A stretch of 50,298 nt of DNA from a virus (Duplodnaviria > Caudoviricetes): positions 1-50,298 of the IMG/VR virus record IMGVR_UViG_3300019360_000017, one strand, 5' to 3'. The translations under genes were made by a program, and so were the position numbers. Below the pieces are notes generated by a model. The model was given only the letters and a program-made list of their open reading frames with translations. It did not search any database and was not told the DNA's origin. Below are positions 7,252-15,596 of this stretch, piece by piece (within the stretch, counting starts at the first letter, position 1; every line of letters begins with the position of its first letter).

Positions 7252-8627
7252 TGCGTTTCCTCTCCTGGCTTGGTGAATGTCACTCGCGCATCTCAGTTAC
7301 GAGTAACTGTCCTATGTCACTCAAACATATTGCCGATCTCATACCAATAGTTCATCGTCCATTTGGCCGACGCGATCCCGCATTCGGACGCCGTCCCGCC
7401 GGGCGACTTGTCCGCCAAACCGCGACTTTTCCTCTCGAAGTGGTTGACTAGTGGTTGACCGCCTACGCCTTAGTGGTCTGACCTATTGAGGTGGGGAATC
7501 TGTATCAGTACTAGTGTTCTAGTGTACTAATACATTAATACAATGCGATAGAGCGGTCACCCTGCCACGGGGCGAAAGTGACGGTCCGCCAGCGCGCGCC
7601 GCCTCAAGGCAGGCGAAGGGTCTGTATGTGAGACTTTGTAATCGGTTGCAGTGCTGTATTTTCAGTAGTTTAGCGTCATTTGATGGGGTCGAGTCCGATA
7701 AGCGCCATTATGCTAACTCTCCTCACTTTCGCCTCTCGATCGTGCCTTCGCCCTGATACGCGCCGACGCAAGGCCAAGCCCCCAGGGCACCCCCTCGCCG
7801 GCCACCGGGCAGCGCCCGCGAGGAACGGTCCCCGCTCGCCAAAAAATTCTTACAGAACGCTAGAGGTCATACCACTTGTCAGGTCGCGAAGTGGTTGCGC
7901 GGTCAGGAGGTTGGCGCGGGAGGCCTCGACAGCGCGGCGTCCGCGAGCCAAGGCAAGCGGTTCGGCGGGATCACGGGCGCGCTGAAGCCCCTTCCAAGCC
8001 CCTTCCGGTGCGTGACGGAAGTGACGGAGGGCCTTTCTTGCGTCACGTTGACAGGATGCGATTTTCTTAATGTTTTGGCCGGTTCGTGGGGCAATGTGGT
8101 GAATGACGCAGTTTTCCCAAACTCTCGCGCGTGAGTCTCTCCTATAGGGACTTCTGGCGAATTGCGTCATTCACCACATTGCCCCACGAACCGGCCAAAA
8201 CATTAAGAAAATCGCATCCTGTCAGGATGACGCCCGAAAACCCCTCCGTCACTTGCGTCACGATCGCATCGGCGTGCGGTCGAATGCGCCGCAGGCCTCT
8301 GTCCCGGATGCCGCGCAGAGGCCCCTGGACGCCGCCGTACGCGACGATCGACCGGCAGCCCGCGGTCTTCCTATGGCCCCGTCACTTTCTAAAGTTTACA
8401 GGCGCGTGGAACGCTTCATCACGCACGGCGCGAGTGACATAGAGCTTTATCAAACCTGACAGGAATCTTTGTCAGCCCATCTCACCGGTCGCGCTGGAAT
8501 ATGCGATGGTGAGATCCCATGCGCGCACGCCTGAAAGCCGTGATCTGCTGGTGCCTCGCCGGCCTGCCGTGGGCGTGGTGGCCGTGGGCGTCACGGCTCG
8601 TGTGTCGCCTGTGGCCCGGATTCCGCG
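7252..8627. promoter_or_regulatory. Divergent non-coding control region between leftward early genes and rightward replication/structural genes
   Basis: Partly AT-rich, no convincing ORF, transcription direction switches; several repeated motifs (see findings). Confidence 0.7.
8011..8262. repeat. Long inverted repeat: 62-bp perfect arms (8049-8110 / 8163-8224) extending imperfectly to 100 bp, 52-bp spacer
   Basis: Reverse complement of 8049-8110 equals 8163-8224 exactly; outer 38 bp match with 8 mismatches. Confidence 0.97.
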
Positions 8628-10871
8628 ATGCCTGACCTCCTGCGTGCCTTTCCCGACGCGACACGATCCGGCCACGGCTGGACGGCGCGCTGTCCCGCCC
8701 ACGACGATGCGCATGCCTCACTGAGCCTCGCGCGGAGCGACGCGGGCGGCTGGCTCCTGCATTGTCATGCCGGCTGCCCCGCCGAGGTCATCGTCCGCGT
8801 CGTGGGCTTGACGATGCGAGACCTGATGCCCTCACGACCTCCTGACGAGCCCTGCACACCGGGCCTGCTCGGCCCCGTCGTCACCACCTACACGTATCGC
8901 GACGCGGACGGCACCGTGTGCTTCCACGTCGATCGCTTCGCGCCGCCGGGCGGCGGGAAGACCTTCCGCCCGCGGCGCCCCGATGGTGCGCGGACGCTCG
9001 ACGGCGTCCGACGTGTCGTCTATCGCCTGAACGAACTGGTCAGCAGAGACGCCGTGCTCGTGTGCGAGGGCGAAAAAGATTGCGACACGGCGTGGGCCGT
9101 GGGCCTCCCGGCCACGACGAACGTGGGCGGCGCCGGCAAATGGACCGACGCCGACACCCAACAGCTCCTCGCCGCCCGTGTGCGACAGGTCGTGATCCTT
9201 CCCGATGCGGACGCGCCCGGTCGTCAGCACGCCGTGCGTGTCGCGGAGTCGTGCGCGGCCGCCGGCCTGCGCGTGCGCATCGTGGAGCTGCCGGGCTGCC
9301 CGGACAAGGAAGACCTGACGTGGTGGCTCGCGCACGGCCACACGGTCGCTGAGTTGCGTGCCCTGGCGCGGGAGGCACGCCACTACGCGGCGACCGGGCG
9401 GCGGCTCGCGGCGCCGGCGGCGCCACCGCGCGCGTCAGCCGGGCGCTGGTTGGCCGAGGTCGAGCGTGAGCGCGTGACGTGGTTGTGGCCGCTGCGCCTC
9501 GCGCGTGGGAAGTACATCCTGCTCGCGGGCGATCCCGGCACCGGCAAGACCTTTGTCAGCCTCGATGTGGCCGCACGGATCACCACCGGCCGTGCGTTTC
9601 CGGACGGCCATCCGGCGCCGCTCGGCACGGTCGTCATCATGACCGCGGAAGACGGCCTCGCGGACACCATTCGGCCGCGCATCGAAGACCTCGGCGGCGA
9701 TCCCCGACGCATCTTCGTGCTGGAGGGCGTGACGGACGCCAACGGCCGTCATCCCTTCCGACTCGCGCGGGACGTGGATCTGCTGGCACAGATCATGGAC
9801 GACGTGAAGCCGGCCCTGGTCATCATCGATCCCATTACGGCCTATCTCGGACCGGTGGATAGCTTCAAGGATGCCGAGGTGCGCGCCGTCCTCGAACCGG
9901 TCATGAAACTGCTGGAGGCCACGGGCGCGTGCCTCTTGGCGATCGCGCACCTGAGCAAGAGTACCCAGCGGATGGCGCTGCATCGGCCCGGCGGGTCCGT
10001 GGCGTTCGTCGCCGCGGCGCGGCTCGTGCACGCCGTCGCCCGCGATCCGCAGGACGTCGGCCGCAGCATCCTCGCGCCCTTGAAGACGAACCTGTGCGCC
10101 CCCGCACCGTTGCTGGCCTTTCGTCTCACCGAGGGCGTCCTGACCTGGGAGCCCGATCCGGTCGAAGGACTCGACGCGGAGACGCTCCTCGCGCCGCCGG
10201 ACCCGCACGAGCAGCAGGACCGCAAGGACGCGGAAGGCGTCATCCGCGAGTTGCTGGAGACGCAGGAGTGGCCCCTGGACGCCAAGATCGCGATCGAGGC
10301 CGCCAAGGCGCATGGCGTACCTGAGCGCACGATGCGCTGGACCGCCAAACGACTCGGCGTGCGCATCAGTCGCGTGGGCTTTGGGCGCGGCGGGCGATGG
10401 CTGTGGTTTCGTCCATCCACGCGTGCCGGCTCCGCACCACCGATCGACAGCGGGACACCCGATCGGCTGACGAGTACGGGTACTGAACGTACGTACAGAG
10501 AGTTAGATCCTGAGATTGCCCCTATGAAGACGATCCGCCAGATTCCCTCGGAAATAACCATAGAGGCCATAGCGGCAAGGACGCATGATCTTGCCCCGAT
10601 GATTACCCCTATGTCACATGTTGAGGACAATCCCAGGGCCTTTGAGTGTGGCCATAGCGGCAAGCATCAAGAGATCGCCGCTATGGCCGCTATGGAAAAT
10701 GCTGAGGATTTCTCACTCTCTCCTCCCATAGCGGCAATCACCACGATACATACAAGTACTGTACGTACGCCTACAAGCGTACGTCGGCTCGTGAGTACCC
10801 CACCCTACGCGATTGAGGGGACGGAGGGCGTGGACTTCGAGGAGTTCGACCTTGACGACCACGGTCTTTGA
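8628..10871 (+). CDS. Primase-helicase: Zn-finger + TOPRIM + RecA-like/AAA_25 helicase (747 aa)
   Basis: CPAHDD...CHAGC; VCEGEKD and PDAD (TOPRIM); GDPGTGKT Walker A, LVIIDP Walker B, AHLSK, GS...AAARLV. Confidence 0.9.
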   Translation: MPDLLRAFPDATRSGHGWTARCPAHDDAHASLSLARSDAGGWLLHCHAGCPAEVIVRVVGLTMRDLMPSRPPDEPCTPGLLGPVVTTYTYRDADGTVCFHVDRFAPPGGGKTFRPRRPDGARTLDGVRRVVYRLNELVSRDAVLVCEGEKDCDTAWAVGLPATTNVGGAGKWTDADTQQLLAARVRQVVILPDADAPGRQHAVRVAESCAAAGLRVRIVELPGCPDKEDLTWWLAHGHTVAELRALAREARHYAATGRRLAAPAAPPRASAGRWLAEVERERVTWLWPLRLARGKYILLAGDPGTGKTFVSLDVAARITTGRAFPDGHPAPLGTVVIMTAEDGLADTIRPRIEDLGGDPRRIFVLEGVTDANGRHPFRLARDVDLLAQIMDDVKPALVIIDPITAYLGPVDSFKDAEVRAVLEPVMKLLEATGACLLAIAHLSKSTQRMALHRPGGSVAFVAAARLVHAVARDPQDVGRSILAPLKTNLCAPAPLLAFRLTEGVLTWEPDPVEGLDAETLLAPPDPHEQQDRKDAEGVIRELLETQEWPLDAKIAIEAAKAHGVPERTMRWTAKRLGVRISRVGFGRGGRWLWFRPSTRAGSAPPIDSGTPDRLTSTGTERTYRELDPEIAPMKTIRQIPSEITIEAIAARTHDLAPMITPMSHVEDNPRAFECGHSGKHQEIAAMAAMENAEDFSLSPPIAAITTIHTSTVRTPTSVRRLVSTPPYAIEGTEGVDFEEFDLDDHGL
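10518..10735. repeat. Nine iteron-like nonamers (consensus CATAGSGGC, both orientations) in the 3' end of the primase-helicase gene; candidate origin
   Basis: Copies start at 10518, 10559, 10568, 10593, 10605, 10653, 10677, 10686, 10727; locally lower GC. Confidence 0.75.
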
Positions 10872-11163
10872 TCCCCCGCTCACGCGGGACGACCTGTGGC
10901 AGTGCCGCGAGGCGGCCCTGGCGAGTCCGGCCTATCCCGTGCTCCTGGCGGCCTGGAAGCGAGGGGTCGAGATCAGCCTGACGCTGCAAGGCGGCCTCCT
11001 TGTCACGCCCCGTGGCGCCATGACGGCCGCGGAGCTGGCGATCCTGCGGCAGTGGCCGCACGCCACGCGCATGCTCGTCGCGTTCGCCACGGCGGATCGT
11101 GTCGCGGAACGTTGGCGGCGGGAGACGCTGACGCCGCGCCATCCGCTGCGGGTGGTCGGATGA
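10852..11163 (+). CDS. Small protein following primase (TubC N-terminal docking-domain-like), 103 aa
   Basis: TTG start after GAGGAG; RGVEISLTLQGGLLVTPRGAMTAAELAILRQ pattern. Confidence 0.5.
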   Translation: MTTTVFDPPLTRDDLWQCREAALASPAYPVLLAAWKRGVEISLTLQGGLLVTPRGAMTAAELAILRQWPHATRMLVAFATADRVAERWRRETLTPRHPLRVVG

Positions 11164-11405
11164 TCCGCGCGGCTGGCCCTCGGCTGCGTCGCGTGTACGA
11201 CGACCACGAAGTCCGGCGGCGGCTGCGCGTGCTCTGTCAGCGCGCGGGGTCGCAGCGGGCCTGTGCGGCGTGGTACGGCATCCCGGCCACCGTCATCAGC
11301 ACGGTCCTGCGCGGGGCCGCGCCCTCCGCGCGCATCCTCGCGATCGTAGGGCTCGACCGTGTGACGCGCTATGTCGATCGCGAGCGTGGAGGCTGGCAGG
11401 AATGA
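11160..11405 (+). CDS. Putative HTH DNA-binding protein (81 aa)
   Basis: ATGA overlap; GSQRACAAWYGIPATVISTVLRG...PSARILAIVGL is XRE/Cro-like. Confidence 0.6.
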   Translation: MIRAAGPRLRRVYDDHEVRRRLRVLCQRAGSQRACAAWYGIPATVISTVLRGAAPSARILAIVGLDRVTRYVDRERGGWQE

Positions 11406-11424
11406 CACGGGCTCGAAAGGAGTC

Positions 11425-11655
11425 ATGATGGAGAAACCCAAGCTCCGACGTGGATTCAACGCCATCTCGCCTGAGCGTCAGCGCGAGATCGCCAGCCTGG
11501 GCGGCCGCGCCGTTCACGAACAAGGCAAAGCGCCGGAGTGGCCGACGCGGGCGGACGCCATTCGGTACGGCCGGCAAGGCGGACTGGCGAGTGGACGGGC
11601 CAAGCGGCAGCGGCGGGCCGCCACCGCGACCGACGAGACAGCGGACCTCATCTGA
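11425..11655 (+). CDS. KGG-motif (YciG/GsiB-type) stress-protein-like (76 aa)
   Basis: RGFNAISPERQREIASLGGRAVHEQGKA...GRQGG; AAGGAG RBS. Confidence 0.8.
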   Translation: MMEKPKLRRGFNAISPERQREIASLGGRAVHEQGKAPEWPTRADAIRYGRQGGLASGRAKRQRRAATATDETADLI

Positions 11656-11670
11656 AAAATTCTTTGATCG

Positions 11671-11692
11671 GCGGCCGATGAAAATCGGCCGC
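11671..11692. terminator. GC hairpin with GAAA loop, possible terminator/attenuator
   Basis: GCGGCCGAT-GAAA-ATCGGCCGC; no clear U-tract. Confidence 0.4.
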
Positions 11693-11710
11693 TGAACCGT
11701 CTCTTAGGTA

Positions 11711-11935
11711 ATGACCCTTGAGACGTGGATCGGACACGATGACCTCCTGGCGTTCTGCGCGGTCTGGTTGGGATGCGGAGGCGTCGGTGCCTTGATGCTG
11801 CAAGAACCGGCCTGCGCCACAGGGCCGTTCGACGAACCCCGCCCCCGTGGGTGGTGGCGGATTCCGTGCGGCGCGCTGGGCGGCGTCCTCACGCTGTGCC
11901 TGGGCCTTGCACGGCTACGTTCGCAGCGACCGTAG
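11711..11935 (+). CDS. Small two-TM membrane protein (74 aa)
   Basis: Two hydrophobic stretches. Confidence 0.5.
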   Translation: MTLETWIGHDDLLAFCAVWLGCGGVGALMLQEPACATGPFDEPRPRGWWRIPCGALGGVLTLCLGLARLRSQRP

Positions 11936-11937
11936 CG

Positions 11938-12468
11938 ATGCCTGCCGGTCCTGATGATCCGCACGTCGCCTGTTGGCTGTGTGGCGTCCTGTCCCGCGTG
12001 TACGATGACGACTACCGTGAGACGGTTCTGACATGGGATGACGTGGGCGTGCATCTCCGGGCCACCCACGGCCTGACACACATCTCGGCCACCGTCACCG
12101 ACGCCGATCGCCACACACTCGCCCTGCTGGTGACGCATCCGAGCGCCCACAACAGGACACCGCCACCATCCTTGCCTCTCCTGCTGAACATCAACAACGT
12201 CGTGACGCAGATTCATGGCCGCGGGCCGGACGGCACGCTGGCCCTCATTCAAATGCTGCTCCTCTTGGGTGGGGAGCGGTTGCACATCGTGCGCCTGTCC
12301 ATGCCGCAGCCGGAATTGTGCGTGATCGTGAGCGGTACTCCGACGTGGGAGGACGGGCCGAATCCACTCGCGACCCTGCTCACGGGCCAGAAGATCTTTG
12401 GAAAGGCCATCTACGGCCGCGAGGGCCGCGATTTCACCCTCACAGACGCGATCGTGTCGCGCGATTGA
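11938..12468 (+). CDS. Hypothetical protein with N-terminal C2H2-like motif (176 aa)
   Basis: CWLC...HLRATH; start 2 nt after previous stop. Confidence 0.55.
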   Translation: MPAGPDDPHVACWLCGVLSRVYDDDYRETVLTWDDVGVHLRATHGLTHISATVTDADRHTLALLVTHPSAHNRTPPPSLPLLLNINNVVTQIHGRGPDGTLALIQMLLLLGGERLHIVRLSMPQPELCVIVSGTPTWEDGPNPLATLLTGQKIFGKAIYGREGRDFTLTDAIVSRD

Positions 12469-12588
12469 TACCGCCGCGCTTCCATCCTCCCGTCGCTCCT
12501 CAGACAATCCCCCCAGCACCGACCCGTTCCGTTGACGGGCGGCTCCTCCCGATCGACGGAGGTGGCACGCGGGTCGGTGCGTGTTCCC

Positions 12589-13038
12589 ATGACCGCACTC
12601 ACGCAGGATGCCTCACTGACCGCGGACGAACGCGCCTGCGCGGACCTACGACGTCGCGGCTGGCGCCCGGACCAGATCGCCCGACATCTCGGCGTCGATC
12701 GCGAGATCGTGCGTGAGCACCTGTTCGCCGCTCGCAAGAAGGGCGCGTTGCAGGATACGGCGGCGCTCCTCGATCATCTCGCCGTGCCGCTGGCGATTGA
12801 CAACGTGATCGAACAGCTCATGGCCGGCGACGTGCCGACGTCGCTCGAAGTCCTGAAGGGCCGCGGGCACCTGCGGCAGCACACGCGGCAGGACGGGACG
12901 GCGGGCGGCCCGACGATGATGGCGTTGCAACTCAAGATCGAGATGCCGGCGGGCGCCTCCGTGGTCGAACCGGACGCCCTGATCGGTCAGGTTGTTGGCG
13001 TGCCGCGCGTCGTCGCCGCCGCCGCTGACACGGAGTAA
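12589..13038 (+). CDS. HTH protein, candidate terminase small subunit (149 aa)
   Basis: N-terminal HTH GWRPDQIARHLGVDREIVREHL, helical middle, upstream of terL. Confidence 0.55.
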   Translation: MTALTQDASLTADERACADLRRRGWRPDQIARHLGVDREIVREHLFAARKKGALQDTAALLDHLAVPLAIDNVIEQLMAGDVPTSLEVLKGRGHLRQHTRQDGTAGGPTMMALQLKIEMPAGASVVEPDALIGQVVGVPRVVAAAADTE

Positions 13039-13132
13039 GCCACGACACGCGGTCGGGTCTGAGCTGGCGGCTCGCCGATCGCACACATCCACCTGAACGG
13101 GGTCCAGCCGCCGGAGCGCGGCAGGCCCCGAC

Positions 13133-13744
13133 GTGCCCGTTCTCGCCCTTCAGCCCCCGCGTGCTCGCCCCACGGGCGTTCGTCTGATTGACGATCTCGT
13201 GGGGCCAGACCCGGACCGGCTTCCGCGTCCCCCCACACCGCGCCCGGCGGTGATGCGTGCCGCCACGCCGTACGAAACGAACGTCCAGCCGGCGGTGCTG
13301 GGGCTCCGACGTGCGCTCGCGCCGATCGCGAAGGCCATCGTTCCAGATCCCACCGATCCGACGATCTACGTCCATCCGCTGGGAATGGCGAGCGGCCCGG
13401 CGCGGCGTGGCGTGGGCGCGGCGGCACGCGGGATCGGGGATCTCCTGGATGACGCGCTCCGCGGTCTGCGCGCGACCGGCGACGACGCGATCGAGGTCGT
13501 CGATCCGCGCGCGGCCACAGCGGCCGTGAATGCGTCCGGCGAGAGCGCCGCGTCGTTGGAAGCGCTGGGGCGCCGTGCGTGGGAACAGCAGACCGGCCGT
13601 CGTCTGGTGCGCCTCGATCGTGGCGGCCGAGAGACACCGTGGATCGGCGAGCCGGGCGACGTGCGCGCCAACCCCGGTGAACGCATCGGCTATCGGCATC
13701 CGGACGGGCGCTTTGAAGAGATCACGCGCGGACGGAGTCGCTGA
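13133..13744 (+). CDS. Hypothetical protein between terS candidate and terL (203 aa)
   Basis: Stop overlaps the terL ATG (TGATG); start uncertain. Confidence 0.55.
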   Translation: MPVLALQPPRARPTGVRLIDDLVGPDPDRLPRPPTPRPAVMRAATPYETNVQPAVLGLRRALAPIAKAIVPDPTDPTIYVHPLGMASGPARRGVGAAARGIGDLLDDALRGLRATGDDAIEVVDPRAATAAVNASGESAASLEALGRRAWEQQTGRRLVRLDRGGRETPWIGEPGDVRANPGERIGYRHPDGRFEEITRGRSR

Positions 13745-15210
13745 TGCCGAAGCCGGTGCATGTGAACGAGTCGAACGAATTTCGGCTCTTGTATCACCCC
13801 TATCAGCAGGCGTTCTTGAAGGCGCGACGCCTGCGCCTTGCGGATGGCAGCCGCGCGTTCCATCGCTTCTGTTTCATCGCCGGGCGACGATCGGGGAAAA
13901 CGTTGGGCGGCGCGATCGCCGCCGTCGAAGAGGCGACCGTCCCGAAGACGCTGGGCTGGTGCATCGCCCCGACCTACGGTGATCTGCACGACTATGTGCT
14001 GCCGGCCGTGATGCAGGTCTTGCCGCAGGCGTGGCTCGCGCCAGGCAAAGACGGCTGGTCCGCCTTCCATCAGCGCCTCACCTTGAAAAACGGATCGCAG
14101 ATCGCCTTCCGATCCGCCGAAGATCCCGAACGCATGCGTGGACCGGGGCTGCACTGGCTCTGGATCGACGAGGCCAGAAAGACGAGCCCGGTGGTCTGGG
14201 ACACCGTCCGCCCGGCGCTGACCGAGCACCGCGGCGCCGCCATCCTCACCACCACGCCGAACGGTTACGACTGGGTCTACCGAGAGTTCTGGCAGCGCGC
14301 GGCTCACCCCGGCAGGCAGAGGCCGGGGTACTGGGCCGGCCGGTGCAAGACGATTGATAACCCCGCGATCCCCACCGAAGAAATCGAGGAAGCGCGCGCG
14401 ACGACGGATGCGTTGTGGTTCCGCCAGGAGTATGAAGCGGAGTTCGTGGTCTTCGAGGGGTCGATCTACGGCGAGCGCCTGGATGCGTGCGTCCTGCACA
14501 CCGACGAGGCGGTGCGCGCACGCTTCCTGCCGGAGTGGCCCACGATTCCGGCGGGCGTGCCGGTCCTGATCGGGCTCGATCCGGGCGCGGATCATCCCTT
14601 CGCCGCCGTCAAGATCATCGCGACGCCCGCCGGTCTGCTTGTCGTGGGCGAGTACCGGCGGCGCATGACCGCGTACGCCGACCACGCGGAGGGCCTTCGC
14701 ACGCTCGCCCGCAGCCACGACGACGTGTCGTGGGCGATCGACCGTACCGCGACCCAGGCGCAGATCGAACTGGCCGTACATGGCATTTCGTCGAGCGCGG
14801 CGGACAACAACGTCACGCTGGGCATTCAACGCGTGCAGAGCTGGCTGAAAACCCAGCGCATCGGCTTCGTGGCGTCGCGGTGTCCACTCTTGCTCGAAGA
14901 GCTACACGGCTATCGATGGAAGGATACGCAGACGAGCCGCGGCGAGAAGGGACGGGAGCAACCGTTCAAGCAGGATGACGACCTCTGTGACGCGCTCCGC
15001 TATGCGGTGATGCTGTGGCCCGAACTGCCGCAGGTGCCCGCGCCGGTCGTCGGCCGCGATCGACGCCAGATTCCGGAAGACCTCCGCTGGGCCTGGGAGC
15101 GCGAGCAGCGCTGTTCCCGCCCGCGCGCCGAAGGCGAGATTGATTGGTCTATCGACCTCGACCCGCACGCCGACGACTGGTCGCCGACCGGCGATCTGTG
15201 GATCTCCTAA
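13744..15210 (+). CDS. terL: Terminase large subunit (488 aa)
   Basis: AGRRSGKT Walker A, WLWIDEA Walker B, TTTPNG coupling motif, GLDPG and DDLCDALRY nuclease motifs. Confidence 0.95.
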   Translation: MPKPVHVNESNEFRLLYHPYQQAFLKARRLRLADGSRAFHRFCFIAGRRSGKTLGGAIAAVEEATVPKTLGWCIAPTYGDLHDYVLPAVMQVLPQAWLAPGKDGWSAFHQRLTLKNGSQIAFRSAEDPERMRGPGLHWLWIDEARKTSPVVWDTVRPALTEHRGAAILTTTPNGYDWVYREFWQRAAHPGRQRPGYWAGRCKTIDNPAIPTEEIEEARATTDALWFRQEYEAEFVVFEGSIYGERLDACVLHTDEAVRARFLPEWPTIPAGVPVLIGLDPGADHPFAAVKIIATPAGLLVVGEYRRRMTAYADHAEGLRTLARSHDDVSWAIDRTATQAQIELAVHGISSSAADNNVTLGIQRVQSWLKTQRIGFVASRCPLLLEELHGYRWKDTQTSRGEKGREQPFKQDDDLCDALRYAVMLWPELPQVPAPVVGRDRRQIPEDLRWAWEREQRCSRPRAEGEIDWSIDLDPHADDWSPTGDLWIS

Positions 15211-15212
15211 CG

Positions 15213-15587
15213 ATGTGGATCAGTGCTGCTGTCTTGTCGCAACTGGACGCGCGCGCGGTGCAGGCCGAACAGCGCGTGACGGATCTCGCCCGCGAATTGG
15301 CCGTCGCTCGCGCGCAACTCGCCGCGGCGCAGCAACGCGCGGACCTCGCGCAGAACAACTTTGAATGGGCGCGGCTACGACTCAACCAACTCGAAGGGGA
15401 GCGGGCGGCGCTGTTGACGCATGTGCTGAAGTTCCCGATCGCCGCGATGACGATCGAACGGCAGGACGCCGCACCAGGATCGGGTGTGCCCAGCGTCGCG
15501 GGGCTCTCGTTCGACGACGTGGGTGACGCATCCGCCGCCGCGCTGGGCATCGCGCACGACGTGGATGGGCGCGTGCAGTACCGCTGA
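15213..15587 (+). CDS. Coiled-coil hypothetical protein (124 aa)
   Basis: Fills the terL-portal gap; heptad-rich. Confidence 0.65.
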   Translation: MWISAAVLSQLDARAVQAEQRVTDLARELAVARAQLAAAQQRADLAQNNFEWARLRLNQLEGERAALLTHVLKFPIAAMTIERQDAAPGSGVPSVAGLSFDDVGDASAAALGIAHDVDGRVQYR

Positions 15588-15596
15588 GGCCCGCCA

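Noticed and set aside
7553-7590. HDV-like ribozyme or riboswitch around GTCAC...GGCGAAAGTGAC
   Set aside because: Only 12 nt between the pairing strand and CGAAA, too short for P3/L3/P1/P4; no convincing family match by eye
8121-8136. N15-type telRL hairpin-telomere site as a firm call
   Set aside because: No protelomerase visible, palindrome short and off-centre, and the phage integrates at a tRNA; kept only as an alternative in the finding
7850-8442. Mirror ORFs sharing PHEPAKTLRKSHPV (7903-8094 minus, 8131-8442 plus)
   Set aside because: Direct consequence of the DNA inverted repeat; no RBS or coding signature
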